A DNA stretch of 64,000 nt from Candidatus Aldehydirespirator sp. (GCA_965205155.1 OZ242033.1:2299572-2363571); one strand, 5' to 3'. Positions 29,082 through 38,743 are shown, numbered from the stretch's first letter. A program made the numbers and translations. The notes: generated by a model from the letters alone, not told the origin.

Positions 29082-29669
29082 GTGACCGAGGATCATCGCG
29101 AGGAGCGCCGCCTGGGGGCAGCTGCGGTCGTGCTGGCCGCAGGAGCGGGCGAACGCTTCGAGGGGGAGCGCCACAAGCTGCTGTGCGAGGTGGGGGGCGT
29201 GCCGCTGGTGCGCCGGGCCGTGGACGCGGCCCTGGCCGCCGGCCTCGACGAGACCATCGTGGTCATGGGGGCCGTCGACCTGCTGGAGGTACTGCCCGAG
29301 GAAGTGACCGTGCTGCACAACGAGGCCTGGGAGCAGGGCCAGGCCACATCGCTGGCCGCGGCGGTGAGCTACGCAGGGTCGCGGGGCCACCGGGCGGTGG
29401 TGTTCGGGTGCGGCGACCAGCCCGGCGTGCCCGCGGAGGCCTGGGCCGCGGTGGCGAGCGCCGACTGCGACCTGGCGGTGGCCGACTTCGGCGGGGCCCG
29501 CCGGCCTCCGGTCCGGATCGGCGCCGCGCTGTGGAGCCACCTGCCCCTGACCGGCGACGAGGGCGGCCGGGTATTGATGCGCCGCAGACCGGAGCTGGTG
29601 CGGGCGATACCATGCGAGGGGAATCCCGACGACATCGACACGCTGGAGGACCTCCGAAAATGGAACTGA
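29082..29669 (+). CDS. MobA-like NTP transferase (molybdenum cofactor cytidylyltransferase MocA-like)
   Basis: AAVVLAAGAGERFEGERHKLLCEVGGVPLVRRAVDAAL and GCGDQPGV are typical of the MocA/MobA nucleotidyltransferase family. Confidence 0.75.
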   Translation: MTEDHREERRLGAAAVVLAAGAGERFEGERHKLLCEVGGVPLVRRAVDAALAAGLDETIVVMGAVDLLEVLPEEVTVLHNEAWEQGQATSLAAAVSYAGSRGHRAVVFGCGDQPGVPAEAWAAVASADCDLAVADFGGARRPPVRIGAALWSHLPLTGDEGGRVLMRRRPELVRAIPCEGNPDDIDTLEDLRKWN

Positions 29670-30319
29670 ACGACTCGTTCGAAGTAGCCCATCCCATCGG
29701 CGCCGTCTGGGGGGTCATCACCGATGTGGAACGGATCGCGCCGTGCCTGCCGGGCGCCCAGCTCACCGGCAGCGACGGCGACGTCCACGAGGGCCTCGTC
29801 AAGGTCAAGGTCGGACCGATCACCTCCCAGTACAAGGGGAAGGCTTCGTTCACCGAGCGCGATGACGACGCCCACCGGCTGCTGATGTCGGCCAGCGGGC
29901 GGGACACCCGCGGCGCGGGGAACGCGTCGGCTGAGATCACCGTGGCGCTCGAGGCCGTGACCGAGACGTCCACGAGGGTGAGCGTCCACACCGACCTGAC
30001 GATCACGGGCAAGGTCGCGCAGTTCGGTCGGGGCGTGCTGGCCGACGTGAGCCGCAAGCTGATGGGGCAGTTCGCCGACAACCTCGCCGAGCTGGTAGCC
30101 GCCGACGCCGAGCCCGCCGCGGACGCGGGGGATGCCGAGGCATCGGCGGACGACACTCCCGCGGCTCCCGCGGCTCACACTCCCGAGGCTCCCGCGGCCG
30201 AGGTCGAGGCCGTGGACCTGTTGGGAGTTGCCGGGGCTCCGTTGCTGAAGCGCCTGGCGCCCGTGATCGTAGCGGTCATCCTGATCGTGGTCATCGTCGT
30301 CATCGTCGCGACTGCTTGA
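29660..30319 (+). CDS. SRPBCC-fold CoxG-family protein with C-terminal membrane anchor
   Basis: ATG 29660 inside track ORF 29183..30319. MELNDSFEVAHPIGAVWGVITDVERIAPCLPGAQL...KVGPITSQYKGKASF. Ala/Pro/Asp-rich linker, then LAPVIVAVILIVVIVVIVATA. Confidence 0.8.
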   Translation: MELNDSFEVAHPIGAVWGVITDVERIAPCLPGAQLTGSDGDVHEGLVKVKVGPITSQYKGKASFTERDDDAHRLLMSASGRDTRGAGNASAEITVALEAVTETSTRVSVHTDLTITGKVAQFGRGVLADVSRKLMGQFADNLAELVAADAEPAADAGDAEASADDTPAAPAAHTPEAPAAEVEAVDLLGVAGAPLLKRLAPVIVAVILIVVIVVIVATA

Positions 30320-30454
30320 TCAGCATGGGTGGGCTGCGCCGGCGCGAGTTGCCGGCCGGCTCTCGTTCGCCTTGGCCCGGCATTCGCTTCGAGCAGTAGG
30401 TCTGGGCAAGCCTCGCGAGCGGCTCCAGCTATCGTTTGCTGCTAGTATGAAATC

Positions 30455-30664
30455 ATGGATACAGTACGCACCACCTTTACTCTGGACAGCGAACTGGCCG
30501 AGCAGGCCCGCCGGCTCAACGTGAACGTCTCCGCTGCGGCCCGAGACGGCGTCGCTGCGTCGGTCAGAAGGGCACTGGCGGAGGCCGACAGGCAGGCCTA
30601 CCTGCGTCGTCCGGAGCAGCCCGACGACTTCTGGGAGAAGGCCCAAGCCTGGAGCGATGCATGA
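30455..30664 (+). CDS. Type II antitoxin (ribbon-helix-helix-like, MazE-position)
   Basis: 69 aa, overlapping the toxin gene by ATGA. TAGTAT lies about 7 nt before the ATG, which suggests a leaderless transcript. Confidence 0.6.
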   Translation: MDTVRTTFTLDSELAEQARRLNVNVSAAARDGVAASVRRALAEADRQAYLRRPEQPDDFWEKAQAWSDA

Positions 30665-30972
30665 ACCGCGGCGAGATCTGGTGGACTGAGATCGCCTCGA
30701 AGAGGCGCCCGGTGCTGGTGCTCACCCGTGATGAGGTCATCGCCGTCCGCGAGCTGGTGACCGTCGCCGAGGTCACCACCAGCGGCCGCGGACTCTCCGT
30801 CGAGGTGCCTATCGATTCCGAGATCAGCGGCCTCTCGCGACAGTCGGTCGTCAACTGCGACGGCCTGTACACGGTGAGGCGGTCGACGCTGCGCGAGCTC
30901 GCCGGGCAACTCGACGGCGCAGTCATGGGGCGAATCTGCCGGGCAGTGTCGTACGCGCTGGACTGTCGGTGA
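30661..30972 (+). CDS. mazF: Type II toxin, PemK/MazF family endoribonuclease
   Basis: MNRGEIWWTEIASKRRPVLVLTRDEVI...SVVNCDGLYTV is the characteristic MazF/PemK pattern. 103 aa. Confidence 0.8.
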   Translation: MNRGEIWWTEIASKRRPVLVLTRDEVIAVRELVTVAEVTTSGRGLSVEVPIDSEISGLSRQSVVNCDGLYTVRRSTLRELAGQLDGAVMGRICRAVSYALDCR

Positions 30973-31451
30973 CCACCGCCACCTCCGGCGACGACTACGA
31001 GCAGGTGGCGCAGCTCCTGGGCCGCCCGCCGGCCGGCGATTTCGAGGTGGTGGTCCGGGACGCCTCGGGGTGCCCTGCAGTGATCCGCAACGCTCCGATC
31101 CTGGCCGGCGGGCGGCCCATGCCGACCCGCTACTGGCTGGTCGACGAGCATCTGCGACGCCTAGTCGGGCAGCTGGAGTCCGACGGCGGGGTACGGGCCG
31201 CGGAGGCGGCCGTCGACGCCGCGGAACTGGCCGCGGCCCACGCTCGCTACGGGGCCGAGCGTGACGCAGCCCTGCCCGGCGACCACGACGGGCCGCGTCC
31301 GTCTCACGGCGTGGGGGGCACCCGCCACGGAGTCAAGTGCCTGCATGCCCACTATGCGTGGCATCTGGCCGGCGGCAACGACCCGGTGGGCCGCTGGGTC
31401 GCCGAGCGCCTCGGACCGAGCGCGGCGGCATCCCTTCGGAGGGTGCTGTGA
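30969..31451 (+). CDS. DUF501 domain-containing protein
   Basis: QVAQLLGRPPAGDFEVVVRD...PTRYWLV...GVKCLHAHYAWHLAGGNDPVGRWV. GTGA overlap with the mazF stop. Confidence 0.8.
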   Translation: MTTATSGDDYEQVAQLLGRPPAGDFEVVVRDASGCPAVIRNAPILAGGRPMPTRYWLVDEHLRRLVGQLESDGGVRAAEAAVDAAELAAAHARYGAERDAALPGDHDGPRPSHGVGGTRHGVKCLHAHYAWHLAGGNDPVGRWVAERLGPSAAASLRRVL

Positions 31452-31471
31452 CCGGGAGGGTGCTGTGACCG
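31438..31471 (+). repeat. Exact 17-nt tandem duplication (ggagggtgctgtgaccg x2) of the DUF501-stop/ppx-start junction
   Basis: Copies at 31438-31454 and 31455-31471. Mini-ORF GTG 31448..TGA 31468 (VTGRVL*) ends on the ppx GTG at 31465. Confidence 0.95.
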
Positions 31472-32382
31472 GTGGTCCAGTGGCCGTGGTGGACTGTGGC
31501 ACCAACACCACCCGGCTTCTCATCACCGGCGGCCGGGAGCCCGCGGCCGCCAGGCGCTCGGAGATAACCCGCCTGGGGAGGGGCGTGGACGCCACCGGCC
31601 GCCTTGATCCCTCCGCCGTCGAGCGCACCCTGGAGTGTCTGAGGGAGTACCGGCGGGCCATCGACGGGCACAACCCGACCGCGGTCAAGGTCATCGCGAC
31701 CTCCGCGGTGCGTGACGCGGCCAACCGGTCGGAGTTCCTGGAGCCGGCCGAGAGGATCCTCGGCGCGGCGCCTGAGGTCCTGTCGGGACGCGAGGAGGCC
31801 GAGACAGCCTTCCGGGGCGCGGTCAGCGACTTGGACCCGGCCGAGGGCCCGTATCTGGTCGTAGACATCGGAGGCGGGTCCACCGAGCTGTCCTTCGGCG
31901 AGCGTCACTGCACCGATGCGCTGTCGCTCGACATCGGCAGCGTGCGCCTGACCGAGAAGTACATAGATCACGACCCGCCCCTGCCCGAGGAGCTGTCGGC
32001 GTGCCTGTCCGTCACCGAGCTTCATCTCGACGACGCGGTGCGGGCTGTTCCCGCCCTCGCCGGGCCCTGCCGGCTGGTCGGTGTGGCCGGGACCATCACG
32101 ACCGTCGCGGCGGTGGAGTTGGGCCTGGCGACCTACGACCGGGATCGGGTCCATCACTTCAGGCTGTCGAAGGACGCGGCCGAGGACGTGTTCCGGACCC
32201 TGGCCACCGAGGCGCTCCCCGACCGGGTCCACAATCCCGGTCTGCACCCCGGCCGGGCCGACGTGATCGTGGCCGGAGTCTGCATCCTGGTGATGATCAT
32301 GCGGTACTTCGACTTCGACGAGTGCCTGGTGTCGGAGGCCGACCTGCTCGACGGCCTCGCCCTGTCGCTGCTCGAAGCCTGA
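31465..32382 (+). CDS. ppx: Ppx/GppA-family exopolyphosphatase
   Basis: VAVVDCGTNTTRLLI, DIGGGSTEL and GVAGTITTVAAV (ASKHA fold motifs). The GTG 31465 start lies in the second copy of the 17-nt duplication. Confidence 0.88.
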   Translation: MTGGPVAVVDCGTNTTRLLITGGREPAAARRSEITRLGRGVDATGRLDPSAVERTLECLREYRRAIDGHNPTAVKVIATSAVRDAANRSEFLEPAERILGAAPEVLSGREEAETAFRGAVSDLDPAEGPYLVVDIGGGSTELSFGERHCTDALSLDIGSVRLTEKYIDHDPPLPEELSACLSVTELHLDDAVRAVPALAGPCRLVGVAGTITTVAAVELGLATYDRDRVHHFRLSKDAAEDVFRTLATEALPDRVHNPGLHPGRADVIVAGVCILVMIMRYFDFDECLVSEADLLDGLALSLLEA

Positions 32383-32504
32383 GCTGTCCCGGCGGCGCCA
32401 TGCTGCCGCCGAACATGGCCGAACATGAAGGAGTTAACCACCTCAGCGGTGGCAAACCGCTTCATGTTCATCGCCATACGGTCCAAGGACTAGAGTGCGC
32501 GGCC

Positions 32505-33119
32505 GTGAGCACACTGCTGGGGCGGCGAGTGTTGCTGAGACCCTTGACACGCGACGACTTCGGCGCATGGCGGGAGGTTCGCCGGCGCAACCGCGCCCGT
32601 CTGAAGCAATGGGAGCCGCGGCCCATGCCGGGCCGGCCCGACACCGCCGAGGACCCCAAGGCGTTCAGCGAGCGCTGCTCGGCCCGCCGGCGGGAGCGGC
32701 AGCAGGGGACCGGGTACGGGTTCGGCGTGTTCGTCGACAGGTCCTTCCGGGGCGAGATGAACCTGTCGTCCATCCAGCGGGGCCCGTTCCAGTCGTGCTA
32801 CGTCGGCTACTGGATCGACGAGGCCGTCGGCGGCAACGGCTACACGCCGGAGGCGCTGGTGGTGGCCGCCCGCTTCGCTTTCGAGGAGCTGCGGCTGCAC
32901 CGGCTACAGGTGTCCATCGTGCCCCGCAACTCGGCCAGCCTGCGGGTGGTCGAGAAGCTCGGGCTGCGGTACGAGGGGCTGGCCGAGCGCTACGTCGAGA
33001 TAAACGGGGTGTGGGAGGACCATCACCGCTTTGCCATCACCGAGGAGGAGTGGCGGATGCGGGCCCCGGAGCTGATCGCCGAATGGATCGCGCCGGTGCG
33101 GGCCCAGCTGCCGGGCTAG
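32505..33119 (+). CDS. GNAT family N-acetyltransferase (RimJ/RimL-like)
   Basis: LLRPLTRDDFGAWREVRRRN...YWIDEAVGGNGYTPEALVVAARFAFEELRLHRLQVSIVPRNSASLRVVEKLGLRYEG. Start uncertain (GTG 32505; ATG 32400 is possible). Confidence 0.8.
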   Translation: MSTLLGRRVLLRPLTRDDFGAWREVRRRNRARLKQWEPRPMPGRPDTAEDPKAFSERCSARRRERQQGTGYGFGVFVDRSFRGEMNLSSIQRGPFQSCYVGYWIDEAVGGNGYTPEALVVAARFAFEELRLHRLQVSIVPRNSASLRVVEKLGLRYEGLAERYVEINGVWEDHHRFAITEEEWRMRAPELIAEWIAPVRAQLPG

Positions 33120-36100
33120 CTGGCGGCTTCGGGGCTGGCGGCGCGGCCTGCGGGGCGGATCTCGAGTATCAGGTCCCCGGGCTCCAGCAGGGCGCCCGGC
33201 GGGGCCATGATCGACGCGACCGTGCCGGCCACCGGTGCCGAGATCGACGACTCCATCTTCATGGCCTCGATCACCGCCACCGTGTCGCCCGCTGCGACGC
33301 GGTCGCCGACCGCCACCGACACGTTGACCGCGCCCCGGAACGGTGCGGCCACATGGCCCGGCATGGTCGGGTCGGCCCGGGCGTGCTCGGGCCGGTCCGA
33401 GGCCACGGTGCGGTCGAGGGCATCGATGTCGCGGGGCTGGCCGTTCACCCGGAAGCCGACGATGCGGATCCCCTCGTCGTTGGGCTCGCTTATCGAGCGG
33501 AGTCCGAGCAGCAGCCGCACGCCCCGGCCGAGCACCACCGCGGTGTCCTCGGAGTGGGGGTCGAGGCCGTACCAGAACAGCAGCGACGGCAGCACCGAGA
33601 GGTCGCCGTAGCGGTCCGTTTTCTCGGCCTGCGACGCCGACGGCGTGGGGAACAGCAGCCGGTTGAGGGTGTTGCGCCGGTGGAGGGACAGACCCTCGAT
33701 GTCGGCTTCGGTGAGGTCGTTGTGGGTCGGCGCCCACGACCGGCCCTCGGTGGCCTTGGAGCGGAAGGGCTCGGGGAATCCGCCCGGCGGCGTGCCCAAC
33801 TCGCCGTGGAGGAACCCGACGACGCTGTCGGGCAGGTCGACGCTGGCCGGATCCTCCAGCAACTGCTCCGGTGTGACGCCCGACGCCACCAGGTGGAGGG
33901 CCAGATCGCCTACCACCTTGGACGACGGTGTGACCTTGATGGGCCGCCCGAGCAGCTCATTGCAAGCGGCGTAGAGCCTCTCCACCTCTTCGAACCGGTG
34001 GCCCAGGCCCAGAGCCCGGGCCTGGGCCCGGAGGTTCGACAACTGCCCGCCGGGGATCTCGTGGCGGTAGACGGTGCCCGTCGGCGACTGCAGGCCCGCC
34101 TCGAAGGGGGCGTACACCCGCCGCACCGCCTCCCAGTAGGGCTCCTGGTCGCCGATGGCATTGAGGTCCAGGCCGGTGGCCCGCTCGGTGTCGTCGGTCA
34201 TGGCCACCACGGAGGCGATCGACGGTTGGGAGGTCATGCCGGACAGGGGAGGCGCGGACGCGTCCACCGCGTCCACCCCGGCCTCGATGGCGGCCAGGTA
34301 GGTGGCCAGCTGGCCGCCGCCGGTGTCGTGGGTGTGCAGATGCACGGGCTGGTCGAAGCGCTCTCGCAGCGCGGTCACCAGCGTGGTGGCCGCGCCGGCT
34401 CGCAACAGCCCGGCCATGTCCTTGATGCACAGGATGTGAACCCCGGCCTCCACCAACTCCTCGGCGACCCCCAGGTAGTAGTCGAGCGTGTAAAGGTCCT
34501 CGGCCGGGCTCGACAGGTTGCCCGAGTAGCAGATCGTCCCCTCGGCGATGGCCCCGGCCTCGAGCACCGCGCTGATGGCCGGGCGCATCTGGTCGATGGA
34601 GTTGAAGGCGTCGAAGACCCGGAAGATGTCCATCCCGGTCGCGGCTGCCTCGGCCACGAAGTGGCCCGCCACCGAGTCCGGGTAGGGCGAGTATCCGACC
34701 GTGTTGCGGCCCCGCAGCAGCATCTGGGTGCAGATGTTGGGAGCAGCCTCCCGGATCCGGGCCAGCCGCTCCCACGGGTCCTCGTGCAGGAACCGCAGGG
34801 CCACGTCGAAAGTGGCGCCTCCCCAGCACTCCATGCTCAGAAGCTCCGGCATGGTGTGGGCCATCTCGCGGGCTCCGGCCACCAGATCTATGGTGCGCAA
34901 CCGGGTGGCGAGGATCGACTGGTGGGCGTCCCGCAGGGTCGTGTCGGTCACCTGCACCGGGCCCGCCGCCCGCAGCTCGGCCGCGAACTTCACGGGCCCG
35001 AGCTCCAGCAGGCGCTGGCGCGACCCCGGCAGCGGCTGTCCGGTGCGGGACTCCGTCAGCTTGGTCGCCGGGCTGACCCTCGTGGGAGCGGGCCCGTGGG
35101 GGAGATGGACGGTCACGTCGGCCAGGTATCGCAACAGGCGGGTGGCCCGGTTGGCCCCCACCGACGCCGCGGTCAGCTCGGGGCGGTCGTCGATGAAGCT
35201 GGTGGTGACCGGACCGGCCCGGAACTGGTCGTCGGCCAGGATGGCCTGCAGGTAGGGCTGGTTGGTCGACACCCCCCGCACCCGGTACTCGGCCAGCGTG
35301 CGCTGCATCCGGCGCACGACGGTGGAGAAGTCCTTGCCCCGGCAGGTGACCTTCTCGATCATCGAATCGAAGTGGGGGGTTATCTCCACGCCCTGGTAGA
35401 CGCAGCCGTCGAGGCGCACGCCGGCTCCGCTGGCCGGCCGGTAGGCCACGATCCTCCCGGTGTCGGGCCGGAAGTCGTTGGAGGGATCCTCAGCGGTCAC
35501 CCGGCACTGCAGGGCGAAGCCTCGAAGGCTGATCGAATCCTGGGTCAGCCCCAGGTCCGGCAGCGTGACGCCGGAGGCGATCAGCAACTGCGACTCGACC
35601 AGGTCGATGTCGGTGACCTCCTCGGTCACGGTGTGCTCCACCTGGATCCTGGGGTTCATCTCGATGAAGACGTAACGGCCGGAGCCGTCCACCAGGAACT
35701 CCACCGTGCCGGCGTTGGCGTATCCGATCGAGGAAGCGAAGCGAACCGCGTCGGCCAGCAGGCTGTCGCGCACCGTCGGGTCCAGATCCCGGGCAGGCGC
35801 CATCTCGACCACCTTCTGGAAGCGCCGCTGGACCGAGCAGTCCCGTTCGTAGAGGTGGATGACGTTGCCGGCCGTGTCGGCCAGTACCTGGGCCTCGATG
35901 TGGCGGACGGCGGTCATGGCCTCTTCCAGGAAGACGGTGGAGTCCCCGAAGGCACTCCCGGCCTCTCGCTGGGCCGCCTCGACAGCCTCAACCAGGTCGG
36001 CCGGGCGCTCGACCCGGCGCATGCCCCGCCCCCCGCCGCCGGACGAGGCCTTCACGAACAGCGGGAAGCCGATCTCGGCGGCGTGCGCCTCGGCCTCGGC

Positions 36101-36526
36101 CGGATCGTCGATCGGTGGGGACTGGCGCAGCACCGGCAGCCCGGCTTCCTCGGCGGCGCGCCGGGCCCGCATCTTGTTGCCGGTCAGCCTCAGCACCGCG
36201 GCGCTGGGTCCCACGAACGTCACCCCCGCGTCGGCGCAGGCCCCGGCGAGGTCGGGACTCTCCGACAGGAAGCCGTAGCCGGGATACACGGCGTCCGCTC
36301 CGACCTCGACGGCCTTCGCCACGATGGCCCCGTAGTCGAGATAGGCCCTCACCGGACGGCCCGGCTCGCCGATCACGTAGGCCTCGTCGGCCTTGATGCG
36401 ATGGAGCGCACCGCTGCGCTCCTCCTCGATGGGGAGGATGGCGACGGTCCTGATGCCCAGTTGGGTAGCGGCCCGGAAGGCTCGGATGGCTATCTCACCG
36501 CGGTTGGCGACCAGGAGCTTCTCCAT
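33116..36526 (-). CDS. pyc: Pyruvate carboxylase
   Basis: 1136 aa. Biotin carboxylase N-terminus MEKLLVANRGEIAIRAFRAA, carboxyltransferase region DTTLRDAHQS, and biotinyl motif IEAMKMES near the C-terminus. Confidence 0.97.
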   Translation of the reverse strand: MEKLLVANRGEIAIRAFRAATQLGIRTVAILPIEEERSGALHRIKADEAYVIGEPGRPVRAYLDYGAIVAKAVEVGADAVYPGYGFLSESPDLAGACADAGVTFVGPSAAVLRLTGNKMRARRAAEEAGLPVLRQSPPIDDPAEAEAHAAEIGFPLFVKASSGGGGRGMRRVERPADLVEAVEAAQREAGSAFGDSTVFLEEAMTAVRHIEAQVLADTAGNVIHLYERDCSVQRRFQKVVEMAPARDLDPTVRDSLLADAVRFASSIGYANAGTVEFLVDGSGRYVFIEMNPRIQVEHTVTEEVTDIDLVESQLLIASGVTLPDLGLTQDSISLRGFALQCRVTAEDPSNDFRPDTGRIVAYRPASGAGVRLDGCVYQGVEITPHFDSMIEKVTCRGKDFSTVVRRMQRTLAEYRVRGVSTNQPYLQAILADDQFRAGPVTTSFIDDRPELTAASVGANRATRLLRYLADVTVHLPHGPAPTRVSPATKLTESRTGQPLPGSRQRLLELGPVKFAAELRAAGPVQVTDTTLRDAHQSILATRLRTIDLVAGAREMAHTMPELLSMECWGGATFDVALRFLHEDPWERLARIREAAPNICTQMLLRGRNTVGYSPYPDSVAGHFVAEAAATGMDIFRVFDAFNSIDQMRPAISAVLEAGAIAEGTICYSGNLSSPAEDLYTLDYYLGVAEELVEAGVHILCIKDMAGLLRAGAATTLVTALRERFDQPVHLHTHDTGGGQLATYLAAIEAGVDAVDASAPPLSGMTSQPSIASVVAMTDDTERATGLDLNAIGDQEPYWEAVRRVYAPFEAGLQSPTGTVYRHEIPGGQLSNLRAQARALGLGHRFEEVERLYAACNELLGRPIKVTPSSKVVGDLALHLVASGVTPEQLLEDPASVDLPDSVVGFLHGELGTPPGGFPEPFRSKATEGRSWAPTHNDLTEADIEGLSLHRRNTLNRLLFPTPSASQAEKTDRYGDLSVLPSLLFWYGLDPHSEDTAVVLGRGVRLLLGLRSISEPNDEGIRIVGFRVNGQPRDIDALDRTVASDRPEHARADPTMPGHVAAPFRGAVNVSVAVGDRVAAGDTVAVIEAMKMESSISAPVAGTVASIMAPPGALLEPGDLILEIRPAGRAASPEAAS

Positions 36527-36568
36527 GCGGCTGAGATTACATCCAGGCTGACAGTCGATTGTTCGCTG

Positions 36569-37339
36569 TTAGGACCTCGCTGAGGCGATCTGCGACTGGA
36601 GCCTGCGTACGAGGTCCGTGAAGGCGGGCTGGTCCATGGACCACAGTTGGGGATGCAGTTCGTGGTCGACCGCGGCGGCCGAGTCTGCAATCTCGTCCAG
36701 GGACAGGATCGTGGCCTTGGTCCGGGCCACCAGTTCCTTGGGCTGGGCCGCGGCCCGGGCGGCGAGATCGTGGGCCCGGGCCAGCAGGGAGTCGTCGTCG
36801 ACGACTTCCCATGCCAGCCCGGTGCGCTGCGCTTCGTCGGCCGCCAGAACCTCGCCGAACACCACCATCGCCATGGCGGTGGTGCGGTCGGTCGCGTGCC
36901 GGAGGCGCCAGGTGTGGCCTCCGCCGGGATGTATGCCGATCTGCAGGAAGCGCGAGTCGAAGCGGGCGTAGCGGCGCCCGGCCAGCACGATGTCGCAGGC
37001 CAGCACCATGTTCATGCCCGCGCCCACCGCGGCGCCGTTGACCGCGGCCACGGTGGCCAGCGGTGAGTGGGCCACCCGCAGGAATCCCTCGTAGATGCGG
37101 GTTATGCCGGTGGACTTCGCAGCCAGCAGGTCGTCCAGGTCGGCTCCCGCGCAGAAGCCCTTGCCCGCGCCGGTCACCACCAGTGCGCCGATGGCCGGGT
37201 CGGGCTCGAGCTCGTCCAGGGCGGCGACGAGTTCGTCGTTCATGGCCTGGTTGATCGCGTTGCGCTTGCCGGGATCGTTGAGCGTGAGTTGGGCAACGCC
37301 GTCTGAGGTGTCGATCATCACGTAGGGCATGGCTGGCAT
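36569..37339 (-). CDS. Enoyl-CoA hydratase/isomerase family protein
   Basis: C-terminal 256 aa of track ORF 36569..38695. LTLNDPGKRNAI, VVTGAGKGFCAGADL, AAVNGAAVGAGMNMVLACD. Start ATG 37339 or 37330. Confidence 0.88.
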   Translation of the reverse strand: MPAMPYVMIDTSDGVAQLTLNDPGKRNAINQAMNDELVAALDELEPDPAIGALVVTGAGKGFCAGADLDDLLAAKSTGITRIYEGFLRVAHSPLATVAAVNGAAVGAGMNMVLACDIVLAGRRYARFDSRFLQIGIHPGGGHTWRLRHATDRTTAMAMVVFGEVLAADEAQRTGLAWEVVDDDSLLARAHDLAARAAAQPKELVARTKATILSLDEIADSAAAVDHELHPQLWSMDQPAFTDLVRRLQSQIASARS

Positions 37340-37357
37340 TATGGCGGGTCGGCGCCG

Positions 37358-38707
37358 ATGTGGGGCCCGATGCCCGTGGCGGCGCGCCCGCGGCGGTACG
37401 GTGCCCGGGTGCCCCCCGCTGCGTTCGCCTCCTTCGGCCATCGCAGCTTCCGCTACTTCTGGTTCGGCGGGATCACGACCAATTCGGCACGGTGGTTCCA
37501 GTACGTGGCCCTGCCCGCGGTCGTCTGGGACCTGACCGCCAGCCCCGGCTGGGTCGGCTTCGCAGGGTTTGCGCAGTTCACGGCGATGGCGGTGGTCGCC
37601 CCGGTTGCGGGGATGGTGGCCGACCACTATTCGAGGCGCACGATCCTGATGGTCACGCAAGCCTTCATGGGCCTGGTCGCGGTGGCCATGGCCCTGGCGT
37701 GGACCCAGGGTGTGCGCTCCCCGGCCGCCTATGTGGCGCTGGCTGCGGCTTCGGGGCTGGGCGGGGGCTTGAACCTGCCCGTGTGGCAGTCGTTCGTGAG
37801 CGAGCTGGTGCCCAGGGACCTCCTCCTCAACGCGGTGACCCTGAACTCCGCCCAGTTCAACAGCTCCCGGCTGGTCGGCCCGATGCTGGGAGGCATCACC
37901 GTGGCTGCGGCCGGTCCGGCAGTGGCGTTCTGGATCAGCGCGGCCGGTGCTGTGGTAGTGCTGTTCGCGTTGGCCCTTGTCCAGTCCGGGCAAGCTGTGT
38001 TGGCCGGGACTCCGAGCATGAGGGTGATCCGCAATACGTTGGCCGTGGCCCGGTACGTGAGAGCCCGCCGCGGTCTGGTGGTCGCCTTCGTCACGGTCGC
38101 GCTCATCGGAGCGCTCGGGCTGCCGGTCCAGATGCTCACCGTCGTCTTCGCCGAGGATGTGTTCGATCGGGGGCCGGGCGGGTTCGGACTCATGCTCACC
38201 ATGCTCGGGGTGGGTGCGGTGGTGGCCGCGCCCATGGTGGCGTCTCTGGGTGGGCGGGTGTCGCGGTCGAAGATCCAGAGGGTCGCGCTCGTCGTCTACG
38301 GCGCGGCCGTCCTGGCGCTGGCGGTGGCCCCCACCTTCCTGGTGTATCTGGTGCCGTTGGCGGCGATAGGGGCGGCCCATCTCGCGTCGGCGAGCGCGCT
38401 CAACACCGCGGTGCAGCTCCAGGTGGACGAGGAACGCAGGACTCAGGTGATGTCGCTGTATGTGATGGTGCTGATGTCTTCCAACCCTCTCGGACAGCTT
38501 GCGTTGGGCCAGCTGATCGAGGCGATCGGCGCTCGGCCCGCCTTCGGCCTCTACGGCGCTCTGCTGCTGGCCGGGACGGCCGTGCTCCACGTCAGGGGCT
38601 GGTTGCGACAGCTGGACATCGAGGTCGGGGGGTACTCTCCTCAGGTGGCGCCCGAGATCCACCCGACGACCCCGGCGCCTCCCCGCCGGCCGCATCCGAG
38701 GACATAG
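37358..38707 (+). CDS. MFS transporter
   Basis: About 12 predicted hydrophobic segments. FRYFWFGGITTNSARWF and DHYSRRTILM resemble MFS_3/EntS-like exporters. Start uncertain (ATG 37370 and GTG 37409 are alternatives). Confidence 0.8.
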   Translation: MWGPMPVAARPRRYGARVPPAAFASFGHRSFRYFWFGGITTNSARWFQYVALPAVVWDLTASPGWVGFAGFAQFTAMAVVAPVAGMVADHYSRRTILMVTQAFMGLVAVAMALAWTQGVRSPAAYVALAAASGLGGGLNLPVWQSFVSELVPRDLLLNAVTLNSAQFNSSRLVGPMLGGITVAAAGPAVAFWISAAGAVVVLFALALVQSGQAVLAGTPSMRVIRNTLAVARYVRARRGLVVAFVTVALIGALGLPVQMLTVVFAEDVFDRGPGGFGLMLTMLGVGAVVAAPMVASLGGRVSRSKIQRVALVVYGAAVLALAVAPTFLVYLVPLAAIGAAHLASASALNTAVQLQVDEERRTQVMSLYVMVLMSSNPLGQLALGQLIEAIGARPAFGLYGALLLAGTAVLHVRGWLRQLDIEVGGYSPQVAPEIHPTTPAPPRRPHPRT

Positions 38708-38743
38708 GCCATGGCGACTTCACGCCGTAGCCCGACCACCTGA

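Noticed and set aside
28867-29082. Possible Moco riboswitch upstream of the mocA-like gene
   Set aside because: The location is suggestive and a long hairpin exists, but I could not recognise the conserved Moco-motif core by eye. It is kept only as a structured or regulatory candidate pending an Rfam scan.
32495-36583. 1362-aa plus-strand ORF, the longest in the window
   Set aside because: It is antisense to pyruvate carboxylase (biotin carboxylase, carboxyltransferase and EAMKM motifs are all on the minus strand). Its translation is low-complexity, Arg/Gly/His-rich.
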